Assembly: GCF_009914755.1 (NCBI RefSeq)
Contig: NC_060929.1
Origin: the human T2T-CHM13v2.0 reference genome, Homo sapiens
DNA length: 64,000 nucleotides
Reading direction: 5' to 3' (one strand)
The position numbers were made by a program, and so were the translations under genes. Below the pieces are notes generated by a model. That model was not told the origin of the DNA, searched no databases, and saw nothing but the letters and a program-made list of their open reading frames with translations. This document shows, one piece after another, positions 55,311 through 64,000 of the stretch. Numbering within the stretch: position 1 is the stretch's first letter; every line of letters begins with the position of its first letter.

Positions 55311-56659
55311 TAGAAGACCTTAGATCACAGCATCATCTGCATTTGAGGGAATGCCAGCCCTGCCCTGCAGATAGAGACACTTAAGGGCAGAAGGGAAACA
55401 AATGTTCATTAAGTCCTGGTGCTATGAGCAACTTTCCATACATCACGTCATTTAATCCTCAGGCAATCCTCTGAGGTAAGGATTGTGCTGCCTAGATTTA
55501 AAGCAGTGGAATTGAGGTTCAGAGACTTTAGGGGATTTCCTAAACTTGACTCTCTCACTCTATTTCAGTGCTGTGTGAGGTGACAGAGAAAGCTGCATGT
55601 GGAAATGGTGCTGCAATTTATAATGCCTGCATTTTAGCCTTTGACTAATCAGTGCCTCATGTTATCCTCATTTTTGTCTCCACCTTTCCTATTGATTTCT
55701 CACTTTAATACATCTAAGCTTCAGTGTATATGCTGCCATATTATTACTGGTCCTTGTAGCCATCCTGACAAGAATGCAGACATACTGCTTGATACTTAAT
55801 GTTCCAGCATAAACGTATCCACATTCTTGTTGAAGGTGGAGATGAAAGCATGTATTTAACAGCTCTGATCAATAAGACATTTGCCAAAATGAGCAGATTG
55901 ATTTTATTTACACCTGCAGCAATGGGTTCTCTGCACTTCTCCTCCTTTGACTGCATATTGTTCAGGGCATTGACAGTGACAAGATGCCAAGGATCAATGC
56001 GAACAGAAGCCACATTTAGCAATGGTCGGCAGCATGTGGAGATTTAGCTACTTGTAATTAAAAGAGTTGAAAGAGAAACAGTTGAATTTTTGCAGCCAAC
56101 TCTTTAAACTCATTAAAGAGCATTTCTTACCAGGTGGAAGGTTTACATGTTAACCATGATGTTCTGGAAAGAAACCATTAAATTGATTCTCTAAAGGAAA
56201 AGGAGGCTGAAACAGAAGCCGACTTCATCTGTGGAGGTGACACTGCAACAAGCTTATTTGTTCCATTGTCAGTGAGTTCTGGATCAGAAATTCTAGTCCC
56301 AGCTTCTGACAATCTGGGTAACTTTGACAAGTCATTTCTCCCCGTGACAGCTAAGCATGCTTCTAGGACTTTGATGGTGAAATCAATCTGTAAGTTCTTT
56401 ATGCTTTTTTTTTTTTTTTGAATTGGTTTTTACTATACTCTGCAGTTCGCAAATAATGGCCCCAACTCCAATACTGGATTTTTCTCTTCTTTCCTTGTTA
56501 TTCTTAAAAAATCTATAATTTTTGTCCACAGTGACTGTTTTCCCTAACAGCACATACAGTTTAATCCTTGGTAAATGTAGCCCTCAAAAATCCTGGATTT
56601 CAGTCTGAATGTGCCGGGTCTCTCTCCTGGTCCTATCATCCCTGAGTGGTACTTAGGCC

Positions 56660-56830
56660 AGAAATGCCAGACAGGCTCCATGTCAACTGTGAAAAAAAGG
56701 CCCTTGGGTTGGGATTTGCAAACCTAGCTATGCCTGGGCTCATTGAAAAGAATGATGTGATTGATTAGCAGTATCTGCCATGGCTGCCCCAGAGAAGGAG
56801 GAGTGGCACAATATCCTTTACAAGTCCCTG
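56660..56830 (+). mobile_element. MER102-like hAT fragment
   Basis: GGGCTCATTGAAAAGAATGATGTGATTGATTAGCAGTATCTGCCATGG ... TCCCTG. Confidence 0.5.
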
Positions 56831-59007
56831 AAATGGGGTATTAGGACCTGATATGTTTAAGTGTTAGGCATGGACACGGAAAGGGACAGGGCAATACTTT
56901 TCACCCTGAGTTAGGCAGTTCTTTGCTTCTCAAGTTGTGGCTGCCACATTGGCGAGATAGATGGGGAGACATTCTGAAAACAATGAAGCTGGGAGTAGTT
57001 TCTCAGATCCTGGATAGCACAGTATAAGCCTTAAGGTGAAGAGAGCTTGCAAAGGAATCCCAGTCAGGGTCCTGAGGCAGGGCTTCTCAGTGTGTGCACT
57101 TAGCCTCTGGAATCAACTTCATCTAGATATCTGGCTGCAGGTCCTCAGAGGGTTAAACACAACTTGGATAATGCTAGACAAAGCCTTTTTTACATGAATC
57201 TTACTATGTACAATAACTATAATCTCTGGATAAACTTTTCAAAATTGATTTTTGCCAGGATCATCAACTCTTATTATTATTTTTTAACCACAATTATGCT
57301 TTTACTAGGGGTAGTTTTTTTGAGTGCCATCTCACCTTGAATAATTGAAGCAGTAGTTTTCAGAAAAGCTCTTGTTCAGCTTCTAATTACGACCCTTAAG
57401 GTAATAGATCGTAGTCTTAGAATAATTGGGCTATGTCAAATTAGGGCCCCCAAATTGGTCTACTTATTGGCCATTCAACAAATCATGCTCAGATCTCACA
57501 TATTTCATGAAATATTCTGTTATGTCTTATCCACCCATTAATATGGATAAATTAAATTAATATGTATTTCAATTACATATACCAAATTATTTAGAATTAC
57601 ATCATGTTTACCTTCTTATTTTATATCATCCTCATTAAGAGAGTGATGGAGCTTGGTTTTATAAACTAACTTTTACCCTTACAAAAACCAGCACAATGCT
57701 GGATACAGCCAAATGTGTTCAAACATGTAAAATATTAATGTCAATATCTTGTTATTGTTTTTATTAAATAAGTCTCTTCCTTTGCTAGTCTGGCAAGAAA
57801 AGATTAATAGATCTGGTAAAGGGGAACCCATTATCTGATTCTTTTATTTACCGATATTTAGAAAAACCTCTATAGATCCAGGGTATGAGTTTGTCAAATG
57901 CTACCTTGTTCCATGTATTTAAATCACTTGTACCCAAGATGTAAAGAATATCCAAAAAAATGAAATGCATCTTTGGCAATATATAATACAACTCACTGTA
58001 GAAAAATCTATTTGAGCTACAAATGATATTGTCATGTTAGAATCACAAAAACTTTCTCATTTTTCCAGAGTGTTCTACTAATCAAATTTATGAAATCAAC
58101 TTTTCATTTTAGAGGACACATTTTATGCCACATATACAATGCAGACTTCTTCTGAGTAAACTCTGAGATGTATGTAATAACTTATTTTAGAAAAATAAGA
58201 AAGCAAAAGCTTATCTTAAAGGGAAATACTTCAGAATGTTTGCATGACATCTGAAGAACTGCTGAGTATATATACATCCTTCAAACTTTTAAAAGTAGGA
58301 ATTGTTACTATTGCTCCACACCCAACCTCCCTTTTCTAAATTTGATGTCATATGGAAGAGAGATAATTTTCTTTATGGTTTGAATTAGGCAAACAATTTG
58401 TGATGCATTGCATCTGGCCCTCTCAATAAAAAAGGACTAAAAAAATAGTTTGAATTCCATTGTGAATTAAACTAAAAATTCTGTTTTTCCAGATGTTTGT
58501 CTCTTGAGTGGGGATTATCTCGGGGGAAAGAATATTAATTTATAAAGTTTAAATCTTTAGGTTTTTGGTGGTGTTGTTTTATTTCCCTTACTTTCAGAAT
58601 GAAAATATAGAGTCTCATAAGCAGTATATTATAAGTAAAGGCCAAAATTAACTGACTGAGGTATCTAACTTCTACCAAGGATTCATTACTTTGCTTCTAA
58701 AAGCCTTTTTATTCTCCCAGAGTCTTCCATTAAGACACAAATACTCAAGGACACTTGCAATTACCTTCACAGACTAACATAGGAGAGTGAAAGGTAGATT
58801 ACTTGACACCTCATTAAATTTAGGCTCCTAAGAGAATAGGCTCCAGGAAAGGGAAATAGGTTCTGGAAAGGAGATGTAGCTATAGGAGAGAGAGGTAGGA
58901 TATAGAAAGGAAATGTTGCCCGTGGAATGGGGATTTGGCAATGGAAAGAAGATGTAGGAAGCAGAGAGAGATTTGGATACAACAAGGAATAGCCAGCTAA
59001 GAGGAGG

Positions 59008-59999
59008 TGTTAGGACTGGGAAAATGCTGCCTCAAAGTACTTTGAATTGAAGGAGATTGAGAGGGCTTCAGAAACAAGAAGGTCATGTTGACCTTTCCCA
59101 CCTTTCTGTTGAAAGCTAGCCCTAAAGTTCTTTGACCCACCTTGCCTGAAAGTAGGTCAAAAGACCCCCGCTTTCCAGAGGGTTCCTGCCTTATACCCAG
59201 GAGGAAGGAATGCTACACAGAGAGGCCAAGAAGAATATGAACTGATAGGGTTTGCTGGGTTTCAGAGCTTACTCCATTACCATTGGATCAGACCCTTTTG
59301 TCCAATCACGTTGTAGCAGGACGAGCGGCAGACAAAACTCCTCAGACACCGAGTTAAAGAAGGAAGGGGTTTATTTGGCCGGGGCATCGGCAAGACTCCT
59401 GTCTCAAGAGCCAAGCCCCGCCCCCCCCCGAGTAAGCAATTCCTGTCCCTTTTAAGAGCTCACAACACTAAGGGGGTGCACGTGAGAGGGTCGTGATCGA
59501 TTGAGCAAGCAGGGGGTACATGACTTGGGGCTGCATGCACCGGTAATTAGATAGGAACAAAACAGGATAGGGATTTTCACAGTGCTGGTCTATACAATGT
59601 CTAATCTATAGATAACATAACCGATTAGGTCAGGGGTCGATCTTTACCTACCGGGCCCAGGGTGTGGCGCCGGGCTGTCTGCTTGTGGATTTCATTTCTG
59701 CCTTTTAGTTTTTACTTTTTCTTTCTTTGGAGGCAGAAATTGGGCATAAGACAATATGAGGGATGGTCTCCTCCCTTAACGTGTCTACATGACTGTCCAT
59801 TCTTCATTGAACCTCAGCATAAAAATAGACTGCTTTTCCAGGGTCTTTGGGTCTTCATTTCTAAAGGCTCCCATGTGACATAAAACTTGATTAAGTAAAT
59901 TTGTTGTGTCTTTCTCTTATTAGCCTATCTTTTTTATGGAGTGTAGGCCATAGCCCTGATGATGAGTGAGGAAAGGTGTCATACCTTTCTTCCCCTACA
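59008..59999 (+). mobile_element. Older ERV solo LTR (LTR47/MER74-like, tentative), split by LTR2
   Basis: TGTTAGG start, TCCCCTACA end, CCCTTTTGTCCAATCA and GGCTCCCATGTGACATAAAACT motifs. Confidence 0.6.
59312..59778 (-). mobile_element. LTR2 (HERV-E/Harlequin) solo LTR
   Basis: Minus strand starts TAAGGGAGGAGACCATCCCTCATATTGTCTTATGCCC and ends GCTACA; exact 4-bp TSD ACGT (59308-59311, 59779-59782). Confidence 0.85.
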
Positions 60000-61139
60000 A
60001 GGGGTTTTAAAATTTGCCTGATTATTAGAACCACCTGAAGAGGCTTAAGCAGGATAATTCTGTTGTTTTTTTTCTTATCATTCAGGGAAAAAGTAATAAA
60101 GTATTCTCTTTTTACAATTTTTTTTTCAAACTATGGAAAAATCACAGGGCAATCAAATTTATAAAGGAAACTTATGCAGAGATGAGCATTACTATATGAA
60201 GAAAAGGAATGAATAGCCTTTCATTCTCGTTCTTGGTTCTATGCATTTAAAATGTAAGTTAAAAGTATTTTTCATTCTATAAACTGAAATGAATTGTTAT
60301 CCCAGATATTTCATAGATGGAATTAAGTAGTTATATCTCTTTGTGGGCCTTAAAGAGATGTAATTATGATTTTTCTTTTTTTAGATCATTAAATACATTT
60401 TAGAATATAGGCACTGATGACTAGAAAGTATGGCTACTGATAAGAGAAGATAACTATAGTACCTTAAGTAACTATTCCTCCCTAAAGCTCATGTTTTTTT
60501 AGATAGAAAATAAGGTATTGTCTCAGATAATTAAATATTCAATGATTTTCTTTTCTCTTTTGCCTCTAAAACCAACAAATATATGGTATGTGTGTTCATC
60601 ATCTTGATATTTTTTAAAGCTAGTAGGTAATATTTTTTCTGGTAAATTATGTATTTCAGTTGCTTGTCATACAATGATTTTTACATGGAAAAACTTATAA
60701 AAGACTAAAGGCTTTTTTTCATTAAAAATTGGAAAGTTTTTTTTCCCAATTCTGTGTTCTGTTCAGTACTATTCAGTGATTTGAATCTTAACTAGAAGGA
60801 ATAATACAGAATTGAATCATGTGCATTCCTTTGTGCATAACAATTTAGAACAGACTAGAGTGGTGAGTCTCAGTTTTGATCTTCTTTTTAGGTGAAGAGT
60901 CTTCTGGATCAGAACTGTGACTACTGCCTCCACTGTGTAAAGCATAGGTCTCCTAAAACATCAGCCCATCTATGATCTTTCTTTATGCCCCACACGACTT
61001 AATGACCCCATGACTTGGCAGAGTCGTCAGAGACAAGGCCCTGATTTGAAGCCTGTTTCTTAGCAGTGAACCAAAGAAATGTAAAGATGATAAGCGATTT
61101 TCAGTTCTCATTCAATGGTGATTTGAAAGTACAGGAAAC

Positions 61140-61448
61140 CGTCGGGCACAGTGGCTCATGCCTGTAATCCCAGCACTTTGGGAGGCCGAGGTGGGTGGAT
61201 CACAAGGTCAAGAGATGGAGACCATCCTGGCTAGCATGGTGAAAACCCGTCTCTACTAAAAATACAAAAAAAATTAGCTGGGCCTGGTGGCAGGTGCCTG
61301 TAGTCCCAGCTACTCAGGAGGCTGAGGCCGGAGAATGGCGTGAACCCGGGAGGCAGAGCTTGCAGTGAGCCAAGATCTCACCACTGCACTCCATCCTGGG
61401 TGACAAAGCTAGACTACATCTCAAAAAAAAAAAAAAAAAAAAAAAAAA
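61140..61448 (+). mobile_element. AluY/Sc-like
   Basis: GAGAATGGCGTGAACCCGGGAGGCAGAGCTTGCAG; TSD GTACAGGAAAC. Confidence 0.92.
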
Positions 61449-61687
61449 GGTACAGGAAACATATTTCAATAAATTCTAGCAATTCAATTTTATAATAAAG
61501 TGATAGTTAATAATCTATGATCATGTGACTCTAGGTCTTTTTAAGCAGACAGATTCTGCAGGCAAAACTGCCAATAGAATGAGGTATTAAGTGCTGTGTC
61601 AAATAATTGGCATTACATGTGCCTAGTGTGGAATCTGCTGATTTTGCCTTTTGAGAAGGAAGAAGCTTCTATTTCCTGTATTTGTTA

Positions 61688-62090
61688 TGTTAAAAGAATA
61701 CCTTTACTCAAATTAAATGTAATAGAGTTAAATTAAGTAAGGAATGATTCATGAATTGGGCAGCCTCCTGAGCCAGAATAGAATCAGAGAGACTCCAGTG
61801 CAGCCACATGGTGGAAGATTTATGGACAGAAAAAGGAAAATGATGTACAGAAAACTGAAGTGAGGTGCAGAAACAGCTGGATTGGTTACAGCTTGACATC
61901 TGCCTTATTTGAACACAGTTTGAACATTTGATTCCCTTTGATTGGCCAAATTCGGTGACTGGTCCAAGAGTAGGTTACATACAGCCTCTATACACCTCCA
62001 TTTAGGTTACAGTTTGCTACATACAAAGAATCTTTTAGGCTGAATTTAAAATGTATGAAGAGGCAGCTTTAGGCTAAACTTGATTTAACA
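61688..62090 (-). mobile_element. MER57-family ERV1 solo LTR
   Basis: Minus strand starts TGTTAAATCAAGTTTAGCCTAAAGCTGCCTC; exact TSD GTTA. Confidence 0.8.
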
Positions 62091-62581
62091 GTTATCTACA
62101 AAACATTTCAACCCCAGGAAATCATATCGTTCTTACAAGGACACTAAGATGCAGAAAGAACATGTATTACACCTTCTCTTTTACAGAGAGAAACGAAGAA
62201 TCAGAAAAGGTTAAGTGACTTACCCAGGAAGATATCATTAGAAAGTATTCAAAAAGTAGAGAATAAAATAATGGCCTAAATTAGAACCCAGAAGTCTGGA
62301 CTCTGAATCTTCTGATTCAAAGTCACATGCTGACCTCCAGCTAAAAGATCTACTGCATTGAAGTGTGAGAAAAAGTTAGAGGAATCACTTTTACAGCCCA
62401 GAAGCTTATCACCCCAGGACAGAGAAAAGTGATTACCTAATCTCTGGAGCAAGACAATATGCTTGAAAACAAGGTAGAGTTAGGATGGGGATGGGGAAGG
62501 GCAAATGGAAGGAAGAAATAACTTGATACATTATTTTGAGCTCTCCTGTAACTTATTAAGGGCTTGCCTGAGAGACTTCTA

Positions 62582-63488
<907 letters not shown>

Positions 63489-64000
63489 TTCTGATTATAG
63501 AGATGTCCCATTGTGAAGAGAAAATGCCCCTAACTACCAGTGTCATTAAGACAAGCGTGGAGTTGAAGTCCAGGAGAAGCAGGTTATGAGGCAGAGAATG
63601 TTTTCTTCTACTCTCAGGGGATTATGGGAAGGAGAGTCCAGAATACCTCATGACAGGTAAGCGAGGTGAATCATGATAGGTAAGTGAGGCAGTCTCATGG
63701 CCCTTTTTCAGTTCCTGTGTGGCATAGCAAGGACACGTGAGTCCTTATTCCCCGTGAACATGTCCAGGAATGTAGCTGAGTTGGAAGCAAGAAGTTTGTC
63801 ATGGAGACTGAATTGGTTAAAGCAATGTGATCCTATAGCCAAGGCAGAGAGTGGAACACTCACTTGGGAGAGTCAGTGGAGATTTTGTGAGTCTCTGTAT
63901 ATATGAGGGCCTAGGTTAGACACTGTGTGCCAGTAACTGCTGCCAGGCCCTCACCAAACAAGAGAAGGAAGCAGTACAACTAGCTAGTGTTGTCCAAAAG

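Noticed and set aside
60870-60975. Strong plus-strand acceptor (TCTTCTTTTTAG|GTGAAG) with a short Cys-rich frame
   Set aside because: No good donor, early stop, no recognisable homology

Overview
Primate (human-like; it contains an SVA, so a hominoid) AT-rich intergenic or intronic DNA, dominated by nested transposable elements. These include L1M/L1PA/L1PB, about 14 Alus, an SVA, MaLR and ERV LTRs, Hsmar1/MADE1, Tigger3, hAT MITEs, L2 and MIR. I found no convincing spliced protein-coding exon, and the supplied ORFs are repeat-derived or look like chance ORFs. The most interesting signals come from reading the repeats structurally. (1) A ~15.6-kb inversion (about 20509-36080) splits both a full-length L1PA15/16-like element and its older L1M host. 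(2) A thymosin beta-15 retrocopy inside a Tigger3a has an open 45-codon frame that the ORF track missed. (3) A TSD-bounded retro-insert joins a MER61-like ERV RNA starting near the LTR R boundary to an L1PB1 3' end. (4) An SVA carries a ~177-bp 5' transduction. (5) A ~1.6-kb TA-rich expansion is studded with progressively more distal inverted copies of its own upstream flank. Repeat family names are from recalled consensus sequences, not a database search. I see no evidence for a wholly new biological system.
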